A DNA stretch of 63,398 nt, the filler included, from Chrysochromulina tobinii (Eukaryota): NCBI GenBank assembly GCA_001275005.1. It is 6 parts of 6 records of this genome, joined end to end, with 100 filler letters (N's around TTAATTAATTAA, not from the genome) between each part and the next. Parts side by side here need not be neighbours in the genome. Positions count along the whole stretch, not along the records: positions 1 to 11,055 come from JWZX01001164.1; 5 more parts are not named here. One strand, given 5' to 3'. Below, one piece after another: positions 1-10,072 of this stretch. Position 1 is the first letter of the stretch. Every line of letters begins with the position of its first letter. The notes beneath the pieces were generated by a model. The model worked only from the letters and a program-made list of their open reading frames with translations, was not told where the DNA came from and did no database searches. A program made the translations under genes and the position numbers.

Positions 1-2
1 CG

Positions 3-3000
3 CCCCCCCCGCCGCCGCCGCCCTCCAGCGGAGGGATCTGCGCCGATCTGTTGAACAGCGGCGTGACTTACACGGACGGCAGTCCCGTGCCGTGCACCTA
101 CTTCACAACAAACCCGAACCTTTGCGCTACCTATACCACCGCGCAGACCAATTGCCCGATCTCGTGCAGCACGTGCACCTTCGGCGCCGGACCGCCGTCG
201 ACCGTCTGGTGGACGGTTCTTGAAGGCTCGTGGTATTGTGAGGTTTCTTGGGACGGCCTGTGCGTCAGCGATGGCTGGGGTGACTATGGCAACTACGAGT
301 CTTGTCAGATGCGAGCGGAACGATCAATGGCTATCACATCCACCGAGTTTGACACCGAGCGGAACTACGATCTCATCACTGTCAACGGTGTCTCTTACGA
401 CGGCGAATCTCTGACCAATGGGCCGATGAATGTGCAAGTGGCTGCCGGAACCATCATGACCTGGTCGACCGATGGTTCGGTCGTGAGATCGGGCTTTACA
501 ATCTGTGCGTCTCCCAACTCGACCAACTCGACTGCGGCGCCACCAACACCGCCAGCACCACCAGCACCACCACCAGCACCACCAGAACCACCAGCAGCAC
601 CACCCACGCCGCCTTCGCTTCCGCCCGCGCCGCCGCCGCCATCACCACGTCCGTCGCCGCCCTCACCACCCTCACGCCCCCCGGCACTGCCTCCCAAACC
701 AGCTCAGCCTGGCTGGAGGTACATTACTCCCCAAGGTCGCAGGCAGTACCCTCCTCCAATTAATTATGCACAAGACCTTCGGCCAGGCGGCCACCCGACA
801 GCATTTGCGCCACCTAACTGCTCGGCACAAGGGCGAGTGGGCTGCGTCGCCATGCCCAAGCCTGCTCGTGCGAAGCCCGCGCCAGGGGTCAGAGCTGCGC
901 TCTTGCCGCCAGCGTGCTCCTTGAACGGAATACTGATCTGGAACACGTCGTCCTCCGAGCCCGGATGCCTGCGCCTGCCCAAGCCTTTGGCGAGGATCGC
1001 TCTCCCGTCCTCGCCACTGGGCAGCGCTCAGATCGTGACCCGATTTTTGGATATAAGCAGCTACGCTCTGCCGGCGAATCTCGTCAGCGCGGACACACGC
1101 TCGATCGCGGTGGCGGATGTGGACGGCGATGGCGACCTTGACGTGCTGCTCGGGAACGCTAACAGTTCCTGCCGAGTACTGCTGAACGCGGGCGACGGCA
1201 CCTTTCCGACGAGCATCGAACTGCCATACGTTGCGGGTGATATAACGCACTCGATCGCGGCGGCAGATATGGACGGCGACGGCGACCTTGACGTGCTGCT
1301 TGGGAACTTTGGCCGTCCCAGCCGCATGCTGCTCAACGCGGGCGGCGGAACCGTAGACGGCACAACCTTCACCTTGCCGACGAGTTTCGTGCTGCCAGGC
1401 GGCAACGCGCAGACGAACTCGATCATGGCGGCGGACGTGGACGGTGACGGCGACCTGGATGTGCTGCTGGGGAACTCGAACTCGGCTGCTCTGAGCTCTG
1501 AAGTGGTGCTCACGACCAGCCAAGTGGTGCTCAACGTGGGTGGCGGATGCCAAGCAGCAGCGTGCTTCCCGAGGAACGTTGCGCTGCCAGGCCCCCTCGC
1601 GGACACGAATTCGATCGCGGCGGCGGATGTGGACGGCGACGGCGACCTGGACGTGCTGCTTGGGAACTCTGGCAGTACTAGGAGTCCTTGCCGAGTGCTG
1701 CTCAACGTGGGCAACGGCACCTTCCCGACGAGCATTGACCTGCCCGGCGGCATCGGTGACACGAATTCGATCGCGGCAGCGGATGTGGACGGCGACGGCG
1801 ACCTGGACTTGCTGCTGGGGAACTCTGGCACTCCCAGCCGAGTTCTGCTCAATGCGGGCGACGGCAGCTTCACGACGAGCATCACGCTGCCTGGTGGTGC
1901 CGTGGACACGCGCTCGATCGCGGCAGCGGATGTGGACGGCGACGGCGACCTGGACTTGCTGCTTGGGAACTCTGGCAGTCCCAGCCGAGTTCTGCTCAAT
2001 GAGGGCGACGGCAGCTTCCCGACGAGCATCACGCTGCCTGGCGGTGCCGTGGACACGAAATCGATCGCGGCGGCGGATGTGGACGGCGACGGCGACCTCG
2101 ACGTGCTGCTTGGGAACGCTGACACCAGTCCCAGCCGAGTGCTGCTCACCACAGGCGACGGCAGCTTCTCGACGAGCATCGAGCTGCCCGGCAACATCAT
2201 GCAAACGTACTCGATCGCGGCAGCGGATGTGGACGGCGACGGCGACCTCGACGTGCTGCTTGGGAACTCTGGCAGCCCCAGCCGAGTGCTGCTCAACGCG
2301 GGCGACGGCACCTTCCCGACGAGCATTATGCTCCCCGGCGCCGGCGAGTCCACATTATCGATCGTGGCGGCGGACGCGGACAGCGACGGCGACCTCGACG
2401 TGCTGCTAGGAAACGCTCGCAGTCCCAGCCGATTGTTACGCAATGTGGGCAATGGCATCTTCGTGAGCATCGAGCTGCCATACGTTGCGGGTGAAATAAC
2501 GCATTCGATTGCGGCGGCGGACGTGGACGGCGACGGCAACCTCGACGTGCTGCTTGGGAACTCTGGCAGTCCCAGCCGAGTGCTGCTCAACGCGGGCAAC
2601 GGCGTCTCCTGGACGAGCATCGAGCTGCCCGGCGGTAACGCGAACACGAGGTCGATCGCGGCGGCGGACGTCGACGGCGACGGTGACCTCGACGTGCTGC
2701 TTGGGAACGATGGCAGTCCCAGCCGAGTGGTGCTCAATGCGGGCGACGGCACCTTACCGACGAGCATCATCGAACTGCCTGGTGGTAACGCGAACACGAA
2801 CTCGATTGCGGCTGCGGACGTTGACGGCGACGGCGACCTGGACGTGCTGCTGGGGAACGTTGGCAGTCCCAGCCAAGTGCTGCGCAACGACGGCGGCGGC
2901 ACCTTCGTGAGCATCGAGCTGCCCGGCGGTAACGCGAACACGAACTCGATCGCGGCGGCAGATGTGGACGGCGACGGCGACCTCGACCTGCTGCTAGGGA

Positions 3001-6000
3001 ACGATGGCTTTAGCCGAGTGCTACTCAACTCGGGCGGCGGAACACTAACAGACTCAACCTTCCCGCAACAGTCGAGCATTGAGCTGCCCGGCGGCAGCGC
3101 GGACACGAGGTCGATCGCCGCGGCGGACGTGGACGGCGACGGCGACCTCGACGTGCTGCTTGGCATCTCCGGCAGCCTCAGCCGCGTGGTGCCCTTCATC
3201 AGGTGTTCCGCATTTGGCACTGCACGCAGCCGCTACGGCAACGGATGCGTCCGCTGCCCTGCTCCGTCCTCACGCCGTGACAACGCCTTCGACGTTTGCT
3301 CCGAGTGCAACGAGCACACCCAGGTCGATGGCTCCGGCGTGTGCGTCCCTTGCACCGAGGGCAGCGAGCGCGTCATCGGCGCACCCAGCTGCACGCGCTG
3401 CCCTGCGGGCAAGCGCCACGCGGCCAAAGGCACCGCCTGCATCCCCTGTTCTCCGGGCGAATACGTCGACTTCGCAGGTCTCTTTGATCCATCGTCGTGC
3501 TTGCCCTGTCTACCGGGCTCGTACAACCCGACGTTTGGTGCGAGCGTATGCAGGCCCTGCGAGGCCGGATATTATACTTCGAACTTGAACTCGCTCACGT
3601 GCTTACCTTGCCAGCTAATCCAAGGCGGTTACTACTGCCCCCAGGGCGCCAAAGCCGCGACTCCATGCCCAGCTGGCACGCACAAGAACGTCTCGCTGAG
3701 CGTGATGACGTCTGAAAATCAGTGTGTCGACTGCCCGGTCGGCACATCGTGCTCTGTGGGCTCCGCCGAGGCGGTGCCGTGTGCTGCGGGCACGTACAAC
3801 AACCGGCCAAAGCAGGAGACGTGCCTCAAATGCGCAGCGGGCTCGTTCCAGAATGGTACTGGTCAGACGTCGTGCAACACGTGCTCAGATGGCGGCTACT
3901 ACTGCGCCGAGGGTGCGGCGGCCGCGCTGCCATGCCCAGCCGGTACGCGCAAGAACCCCTTGGTGAGCGTCATGACGTCCGTCAATCAGTGCGTCGTCTG
4001 CCCAGTCGGCACGTCGTGCTCTGTGGGCTCGGCCGTGGCGGTGCCATGTGCTCCGGGCACGTACAACAACGAGTCAGGGCAGGAGACGTGCGTGAAGTGC
4101 GCACCGGGCTCCTTCCAAAGGTTGGCTGGTCGGACGTCGTGCAACCCGTGCAAGTCGGCCCACTACTGCGAGTTGGGCGCGGCGGCCGCGCTGCCGTGCC
4201 CTGGCGGCACGCACAAGAACGCCTCGCTGAGCGTGATGACGTCCGCCAATCAGTGCGTCGACTGCCCGGTCGGCACGTCGTGCTCTGTCGGCTCGGCCGA
4301 GGCGGTGCTGTGTGCTCCTGGCACGTACAACAACCAATCGCGGCAGGAGACGTGCGTCAAGTGCGCACCGGGCTCGTTCCAAGATGAGGCTGGCCAGACG
4401 TCGTGCAAAAATTGCACACAGGGCTACTACTGCGCCGAGGGCGCGGCGGCCGCGCTGCCGTGCCCTGGCGGCACGCACAAGAACGCCTCTCTGAGCGTGA
4501 TGAGGTCCGTCGATCAGTGCGTCGTGTGCCCGGTCGGCACGTCGTGCTCTGTGGGCTCGGCCGAGGCGGTGCCGTGTGCTCCGGGCACGTACAACAACGA
4601 ATCGCGGCAGGAGACGTGCGTGAAGTGCGCACCGGGCTTCTTCCAAAGGTTGCCTGGCCAGACGTCGTGCATCCCGTGCACGCAGGGCTACTACTGCGAG
4701 TTGGGCGCGGCGGCCGCGCTGCCGTGCGATGGCGGCACGCACACGAACGCCTCGCTGAGCGTGATGACGTCCGCCAATCAGTGCGTCGTCTGCCCTGCGG
4801 GCACGAGCTGCTCCGTCGGCTCGGCCACGCCCAGGCTCTGCCTACCTGGCTCGTTCAGCGCAGCCGAAAAGACTCAATCGTGCGACCTGTGCCCGAGAGG
4901 AAAGTTCACGTCGACGTCGGGTAACACGGCCTGCCAGCCGTGCGAACGGGGCTTCCTGTGCGTCGAGGGCGCGAGCGCGCCGCAGCCCTGCCCGGGCGGC
5001 ACCCACGCCAACCAGACTGTGCTCAATCTCACCGGCTACCTCGGCTCTCTGAGCGAGTGCATCGTCTGCCCTGCAGGCACGAGCTGCTCCGTCGGCTCCG
5101 CCGCGCCCAAACCCTGCCTTCCTGGCTCCTACAACAACCAGACACAGAAGGAGACGTGCACGCCCTGCGCAGCGGGCTCCTTTGAGAACCGTGCTGGCCA
5201 GACGTCGTGCTTCCCTTGCACGCCCGGCTACTACTGCGCCGAGGGCGCCGCCACCCCCGTGCCGTGCCCTCGCGGCAAGTACAACAATCGGACGGGCCTC
5301 GAGTCCGAGGCGGGCTGCGTGCCGGTCGGCTTTGGCTATTGGGCTCCGACGGGGAGCGTGTTCCCCATCCCGTGCCCCTCGGGCTTCTCGTGCCCTGGGT
5401 ACTCAAACGACAATGTTCACTTTGGCTCCCAGCCCATCATTCTCCCGACGGGTGGCCTGACCCCGGTGGTCGTTGTCGAGACGCAGACAGTCGAGACGAT
5501 CACGGGCTCTCTCTCCCTCAACGCGCCACTCTCGTCCTTCTTGAACAACGATTCCCTGCAGCTCCAGTATCGCCAAGCCATCGCCACGCAGCTCGGCGTT
5601 CCGTGGCAGGAACCCGGATGGGACCTGCAGCTCAACTTTTCGGCGGCGTCGCCGTCTCCACCAGCGGCTGGGCGTCGGCTTCAGACGGGCTCCACCATCG
5701 TCACGTACACCATCGTTCGGACGGTGACCACCAATCCCACCACCAGCAACGCCACCAGCAATGTCACCTCGAGCGGTCCGCCTATCGTGGCCCCATCTTT
5801 TACTCTCAACAACCTCAATCCCGAGGTCCTCGGCGCCGCTCTCGGTGCGTCTGTGGCCAACCTCGTGGCACCCACCGCAACCGTGGTCCAGCAGACCGTG
5901 ACCGTCATTCGAGAGCGCGTGTGCCCGAGGGGCTTCTGGTGCACTGCCGGGATCGAGGTTCCGTGTGAGAAGGGGTTTTACAACCCGACCACAAACGCCG

Positions 6001-8435
6001 CCAGCCAAACAGCCTGCTTGCGCTGCCCCGAGTTCTCAACTACCAATGGCACCGCAGCCACGAACGTCAGCCAATGCCTGTGCGAGCAGAGCTTCGTGCA
6101 ACAGCTCAACGCAGCGGGCAATGTGTCCCAATGCGTCTGTGCGCCCGGCCGCGAGCTCGTCGGCGGCGTGCGCTGCGACGCGTGCAAGACTGGAACGTAC
6201 AAGGACTGGACGGGCGAGAACGCCGAACGCAACCCTCTTGGCCCCCAAAAGTGCCTCGACTGCCCTGTGCCTGGGACAACCACGGTGCAGGAAGGCGCCG
6301 ACTCGGTCTCCCAATGCGTGTGCAAGGCAAACACGTTCGCCAGCCTGACGCGCGCCGAGATGATGCGGGCGACCAACGACAGCAGCCGCGTCGCACCAGA
6401 TGCCTTCAAGTGTGTGACCTGTGTGAGCCTTCATGAGAATGTCAACGCTAAGATGACCAACTGCACCGCGCCGGGCGTCACGCTCGACACCATCCCCGTC
6501 ATGCCGGGCCACTGGCGGCAAAATCCGAGGGCTCTGTACGTTCGAATGTGCGACTTGGAGGAGGCGTGTCTCGGCGCCGAGCTCGCTGGCGACGCGTCGT
6601 GCGCGTACGGTCACACTGGGCCGCTGTGCGACCTGTGTAAGAAGGATCCGCCGTACTTTGGCGGCCGCGGATCGCCATGCCAATCCTGCTCCGACGCGGG
6701 CGATCCCATGGAGACGATCACCTCCTACATCATCGGCGGCGTGGTCGTTCTTCTCGTCCTCGTGCTGGCCGCGGCCATCTGCAAGCGCAGAGTGGCTAAG
6801 GTCCCTGCCGTGCCGAAGAAGGAAGACGAAACAGGGGTTGACAAATACCAAGGGGCTAAACACCTGGCTCAGAAGGCCGTCACGGAAGGGGTGGTCAAAG
6901 GCATGATTCAAGGAGCAGCTGGGACGGTCACAATGACCGAAGCCAGTAAACTGGCGAGGTTGGCGGCGGCTTCTGCTTCGTCAGTCGTGGATTCAATTGG
7001 AGTCAAGATCCGGATCTTGATCTCGCTGAGCCAGGTGGTCTCGCAGCTGGACATGATCTTTGACATCACGTACCCTGCCGTCTACACCGCCACCCTCGAG
7101 GGCCTCAAGAACATCAACATTCAAGTCAACTTGCTGCCCTTTGGCTGTGTTTTTCCGTTGCTGGACAATTTCTTTTTCGACTTCGTTCTGAAGACCGCAA
7201 CGCCGCTGGTGCTCGTGCTTTTGCTCTACGTCATGAGTAAAGTCCTGCGCGCACGCTTTGGCGGTGCAGAGGGCGCCCAGAGGGGTTTCGGCGCGTACCT
7301 CGCCGATGCATGCTCGGATCTGTGGTTCTTCATCATCTTCCTCGTCTACCCGAGCTGCTCTTCCATGACCTTCATGTTCTTCATGCGCGAGACCTATGAC
7401 GGCCCCGGGGAGGTGTACGTGGACCTGATGCGAGCCGACCGCTCCATTGACCGCGAGGGGGAACTCTACCAAGGCTTCAACCTGTACGCCGTCGTCATGC
7501 TCATCCTCTACCCCATCGGCGTGCCCCTTTTCTACGGGCTCATGTTCCACCTTGAGCGCCACCAGCTCCAGGAGATGCGCCACATCGAGCTCACCCGGGA
7601 GACGGACTTTGCGCTCGCAAAGCTCGAGGCGGAGGCCGCTGCCACCCCAGCAGAGAAGGATGCGATGGTGCGCAAGGCCGTGGAAGCGCACGAGGCAACC
7701 GGTAAAGTCCTCGCAAAGCTACGTGGCGAGCTGCCGACGACGCAGCGCAAGCTGACCGCTGGCTACGAGCTCCGAATGTACTGGTTCGAGATCTTCGAAT
7801 GCGTGCGCAAGATCCTGCTCATCGGGCTGCCCATCTTCTTCCCGGCGGGGTCGCCGGCCCAGCTCATTTTTGGGCTCATCATCTGCTTCCTGTCATATGG
7901 CGCCTACTGCGTCTGCGCTCCCTACGTGAAAAAAGAGGACGACATCCTTGCACAGGTGGCGCAGGTCGTCATCTTCTTCTCGTTGGTCAGCTCCTTGGTG
8001 ACCAACGCCTACCCCAACGATCCGATCATGTCGGCCTTGCTCCCAGTGCTCCTCTCCGTACCTGTGATTCTCACCGTCCTCTTCGAAATGTCGCTGCTTA
8101 AGTACCTGCGTCGCTTCACCGAGCCCAATGGTGAGGGCAAGGTCAGCCCTGCTGCCCAGTGGATCCTCGCCTTCCGGCGCCACGTCGTTCGAATCGCAGA
8201 TAGGCTCGTCGGCGCAAGGGGACAAGTTGAGGCGAAGTCGGCGGTACGTGCCAAGTGGCAGCAGCACAGCGAGAAGCACGACTCCACCTCGCGGAACGCC
8301 TTCCTCGCCCGCGAGCTCCACGTCGTCTCCGTCACCGCAGAGGCACCCCAGGTGGAGTCCGCAGGCGGAGACGCCAGCACGAGCATGACCAGCACGGGTG
8401 GCCACGTTCCCCGCCTCGAGACCGAGCACCTGTAG
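3..8435 (+). CDS. Giant multi-domain membrane/surface protein (ShK-like, CUB-like, Pro-rich, 14 FG-GAP/VCBS repeats, GCC2/GCC3-like Cys-rich repeats, C-terminal multi-TM region); 5' partial
   Basis: The frame is open from base 3 (PPPPPPPSSGGICADLLNSG...). It shows a six-Cys ShK-like pattern, a CUB-like segment (YGNYESC...WSTDGSVVRSGFTIC), 14 copies of ADxDxDGxLDxLLG, tandem 88-aa Cys-rich units, a GRRLQ motif and several hydrophobic helices near the C-terminus. Confidence 0.9.
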   Translation, partial: PPPPPPPSSGGICADLLNSGVTYTDGSPVPCTYFTTNPNLCATYTTAQTNCPISCSTCTFGAGPPSTVWWTVLEGSWYCEVSWDGLCVSDGWGDYGNYESCQMRAERSMAITSTEFDTERNYDLITVNGVSYDGESLTNGPMNVQVAAGTIMTWSTDGSVVRSGFTICASPNSTNSTAAPPTPPAPPAPPPAPPEPPAAPPTPPSLPPAPPPPSPRPSPPSPPSRPPALPPKPAQPGWRYITPQGRRQYPPPINYAQDLRPGGHPTAFAPPNCSAQGRVGCVAMPKPARAKPAPGVRAALLPPACSLNGILIWNTSSSEPGCLRLPKPLARIALPSSPLGSAQIVTRFLDISSYALPANLVSADTRSIAVADVDGDGDLDVLLGNANSSCRVLLNAGDGTFPTSIELPYVAGDITHSIAAADMDGDGDLDVLLGNFGRPSRMLLNAGGGTVDGTTFTLPTSFVLPGGNAQTNSIMAADVDGDGDLDVLLGNSNSAALSSEVVLTTSQVVLNVGGGCQAAACFPRNVALPGPLADTNSIAAADVDGDGDLDVLLGNSGSTRSPCRVLLNVGNGTFPTSIDLPGGIGDTNSIAAADVDGDGDLDLLLGNSGTPSRVLLNAGDGSFTTSITLPGGAVDTRSIAAADVDGDGDLDLLLGNSGSPSRVLLNEGDGSFPTSITLPGGAVDTKSIAAADVDGDGDLDVLLGNADTSPSRVLLTTGDGSFSTSIELPGNIMQTYSIAAADVDGDGDLDVLLGNSGSPSRVLLNAGDGTFPTSIMLPGAGESTLSIVAADADSDGDLDVLLGNARSPSRLLRNVGNGIFVSIELPYVAGEITHSIAAADVDGDGNLDVLLGNSGSPSRVLLNAGNGVSWTSIELPGGNANTRSIAAADVDGDGDLDVLLGNDGSPSRVVLNAGDGTLPTSIIELPGGNANTNSIAAADVDGDGDLDVLLGNVGSPSQVLRNDGGGTFVSIELPGGNANTNSIAAADVDGDGDLDLLLGNDGFSRVLLNSGGGTLTDSTFPQQSSIELPGGSADTRSIAAADVDGDGDLDVLLGISGSLSRVVPFIRCSAFGTARSRYGNGCVRCPAPSSRRDNAFDVCSECNEHTQVDGSGVCVPCTEGSERVIGAPSCTRCPAGKRHAAKGTACIPCSPGEYVDFAGLFDPSSCLPCLPGSYNPTFGASVCRPCEAGYYTSNLNSLTCLPCQLIQGGYYCPQGAKAATPCPAGTHKNVSLSVMTSENQCVDCPVGTSCSVGSAEAVPCAAGTYNNRPKQETCLKCAAGSFQNGTGQTSCNTCSDGGYYCAEGAAAALPCPAGTRKNPLVSVMTSVNQCVVCPVGTSCSVGSAVAVPCAPGTYNNESGQETCVKCAPGSFQRLAGRTSCNPCKSAHYCELGAAAALPCPGGTHKNASLSVMTSANQCVDCPVGTSCSVGSAEAVLCAPGTYNNQSRQETCVKCAPGSFQDEAGQTSCKNCTQGYYCAEGAAAALPCPGGTHKNASLSVMRSVDQCVVCPVGTSCSVGSAEAVPCAPGTYNNESRQETCVKCAPGFFQRLPGQTSCIPCTQGYYCELGAAAALPCDGGTHTNASLSVMTSANQCVVCPAGTSCSVGSATPRLCLPGSFSAAEKTQSCDLCPRGKFTSTSGNTACQPCERGFLCVEGASAPQPCPGGTHANQTVLNLTGYLGSLSECIVCPAGTSCSVGSAAPKPCLPGSYNNQTQKETCTPCAAGSFENRAGQTSCFPCTPGYYCAEGAATPVPCPRGKYNNRTGLESEAGCVPVGFGYWAPTGSVFPIPCPSGFSCPGYSNDNVHFGSQPIILPTGGLTPVVVVETQTVETITGSLSLNAPLSSFLNNDSLQLQYRQAIATQLGVPWQEPGWDLQLNFSAASPSPPAAGRRLQTGSTIVTYTIVRTVTTNPTTSNATSNVTSSGPPIVAPSFTLNNLNPEVLGAALGASVANLVAPTATVVQQTVTVIRERVCPRGFWCTAGIEVPCEKGFYNPTTNAASQTACLRCPEFSTTNGTAATNVSQCLCEQSFVQQLNAAGNVSQCVCAPGRELVGGVRCDACKTGTYKDWTGENAERNPLGPQKCLDCPVPGTTTVQEGADSVSQCVCKANTFASLTRAEMMRATNDSSRVAPDAFKCVTCVSLHENVNAKMTNCTAPGVTLDTIPVMPGHWRQNPRALYVRMCDLEEACLGAELAGDASCAYGHTGPLCDLCKKDPPYFGGRGSPCQSCSDAGDPMETITSYIIGGVVVLLVLVLAAAICKRRVAKVPAVPKKEDETGVDKYQGAKHLAQKAVTEGVVKGMIQGAAGTVTMTEASKLARLAAASASSVVDSIGVKIRILISLSQVVSQLDMIFDITYPAVYTATLEGLKNINIQVNLLPFGCVFPLLDNFFFDFVLKTATPLVLVLLLYVMSKVLRARFGGAEGAQRGFGAYLADACSDLWFFIIFLVYPSCSSMTFMFFMRETYDGPGEVYVDLMRADRSIDREGELYQGFNLYAVVMLILYPIGVPLFYGLMFHLERHQLQEMRHIELTRETDFALAKLEAEAAATPAEKDAMVRKAVEAHEATGKVLAKLRGELPTTQRKLTAGYELRMYWFEIFECVRKILLIGLPIFFPAGSPAQLIFGLIICFLSYGAYCVCAPYVKKEDDILAQVAQVVIFFSLVSSLVTNAYPNDPIMSALLPVLLSVPVILTVLFEMSLLKYLRRFTEPNGEGKVSPAAQWILAFRRHVVRIADRLVGARGQVEAKSAVRAKWQQHSEKHDSTSRNAFLARELHVVSVTAEAPQVESAGGDASTSMTSTGGHVPRLETEHL
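1101..3190 (+). repeat. 14 coding FG-GAP/VCBS repeats (enough for two 7-bladed propellers)
   Basis: Recurring tcgatcgcggcggcggatgtggacggcgacggcgacct; 14 counted in the translation. Confidence 0.9.
3630..5290 (+). repeat. About 264-bp coding tandem repeat (GCC2/GCC3-like Cys-rich unit), about 6 copies
   Basis: The YYCxxGAAAALPCPxGT...CSVGS unit recurs, e.g. at 4161 and 4425 (264 bp apart). Confidence 0.85.
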
Positions 8436-8508
8436 GCTGCCGCCGACAAGACAAGCAGACAAGACAAGCAGACAAGGAGGCGGGTGGCTGCTATCGGTGG
8501 AGAGAGTA

Positions 8509-8682
8509 TCGGTGGAGTGAGCGCAGACCGCTGTGGGTAGGCAGTCTGGAGAGACGAGTCCTGGTGCAAAGAATGAGTATGGGCTAGTGGTGGTCCTTGA
8601 GAGAGAGAGTCTCGGTGGAATGAAAGCGCAGACCGCTGTGGCTAGGTGGTCTGGAGAGAGTACTGGTGCAGTGAGTATGGGC
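8509..8682. repeat. Degenerate ~105-bp intergenic tandem duplication
   Basis: gcgcagaccgctgtgg...tctggagaga...ctggtgca...tgagtatgggc occurs at 8521 and again at 8626. Confidence 0.7.
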
Positions 8683-8738
8683 GGGGGGAGGTGGGGCATT
8701 TTACATTCACACTTTGACGCCGATTTCGGGTGTGAAGA

Positions 8739-9533
8739 ATGGAGCCTCCTCGGCACCCTCTCGACGCGGGTTCGCGCTTCGGCCCGGCGCCCACGCCCGA
8801 AAAGGTGATGCACAACAATTTAACAGGTGACTCGGTGACCAAGGCGCGGCAGGAGCACCGCCGCCTGTCCGCAAAGTCGAGCCAGAAGTGGATGGACGCG
8901 GCCGAGCGCGCCGAGATGATGCGCATCAAGCAGCTGCTCGAAGACGGTCAGGACATCAACCAGGTCTGTCAGCCGAGCGGGTCCTCTGCGCTGTACGTCG
9001 CGTCGCGCACTAACAACCTGCGCCTCGCCGAGATGCTGCTCGAGGCTGGCGCGGAGCCAGGCGTGCTGACGGACGACCTCGTGTCGCCGTGCTGGATCGC
9101 CATCTCGCGTGGCTTCGACGAGATGGTCAAGCTGCTGCTCGAGCCGCGATGGAACGCCAATCTCGTCGAGCAGATCAAGAGCGAGACGACCGAATCGCTC
9201 ATGCAGCTAGAGAACTGCGGCGTGCAGCAGACGCACTACAACCTCGCCGTGACGCGCCGTTATTGGAAGTGCGTGTACCACATCGAGTCGGCCATCGGCG
9301 TCCTGCCGAGCGCCACGCGCATTCCCGCGGTCCTCTTCGAGCCACCCTCGGGCTGGGCGATGGGCCTCACGCCCGCCGAGCCGGGCCAGCGGCCGGACAT
9401 GCCGATGCAATTCTTCTACTGGGAGGCGTTCACCAAGAACGGGTGCCGCGAGAAGCCGCCGCCGGGCTCCAAGAAGCTCGTGTATAAGGGGCAGGGCATC
9501 TTCGAGCAGGAGTCCGTCGTCGGCGAGGACTGA
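8739..9533 (+). CDS. Ankyrin-repeat protein
   Basis: SGSSALYVASRTNNLRLAEMLLEAGA and SPCWIAISRGFDEMVKLLLE are ankyrin-type repeats. Confidence 0.85.
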   Translation: MEPPRHPLDAGSRFGPAPTPEKVMHNNLTGDSVTKARQEHRRLSAKSSQKWMDAAERAEMMRIKQLLEDGQDINQVCQPSGSSALYVASRTNNLRLAEMLLEAGAEPGVLTDDLVSPCWIAISRGFDEMVKLLLEPRWNANLVEQIKSETTESLMQLENCGVQQTHYNLAVTRRYWKCVYHIESAIGVLPSATRIPAVLFEPPSGWAMGLTPAEPGQRPDMPMQFFYWEAFTKNGCREKPPPGSKKLVYKGQGIFEQESVVGED

Positions 9534-9930
9534 GGCGGGCTCCAAGGATTTGGGGAAGGGTGTTTCCAACGTCGAAATTTAGTGTGAATTGAAACGCACT
9601 GGCACGGCTTGACCCCAACAGTTAAAAGCTCGAGTTAAAAGCGGCCGCCGTGAGGAACTCAACGTGTGGATTATAGACTGACGGCAGAGCTATACCACAG
9701 GCCCAACTCAGGGGGAAGGGGTATTGGGCATATGGGGTATAAATGGGGTACCGTGCGGATGCATGCCGGGAGATATGCTGCTTGCGTTTCAAGTTCCAAG
9801 GGAATGTATCTGAAATTGCTCGATGCGCATCCCGGACTAAGTCCAACGGGACACACGTGACAGATTCTCGAATGATGATCCTCGTTGGGGAGATTCTCGA
9901 ATGATGGCGCCATTCTCGTCTGGCTCTAAG

Positions 9931-10015
9931 ATGAGAGCTGAGTGGTCCCGCCCACCGTCCGCGATTGTAAGCCTTGTCTAGCTTTTGCAGGGACCGGGTT
10001 GTCGCGCTTACTAAG
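9931..10015 (+). repeat. Dispersed ~85-bp element, copy A (copy B at 60021-60104, minus strand)
   Basis: Matches the reverse complement of 60021-60104 with about 8 substitutions and 1 indel by eye. Confidence 0.85.
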
Positions 10016-10072
10016 TCACTTTGTCGGGCTTCGTCCTTCGTGTTTACGTTCACACTGGTTCTACTGTGTCCG

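Noticed and set aside
672..3220. Long antisense and alternate-frame ORFs (e.g. 1061-3220, 672-2204, 58568-59986, 48662-49414)
   Set aside because: Shadow ORFs caused by high GC and repetitive coding on the real strand.
9931..10015. HDV-like or twister ribozyme assignment
   Set aside because: GGTCCC/GGGACC is suggestive, but I could not build the P1/P3 helices or the conserved cleavage-site residues.
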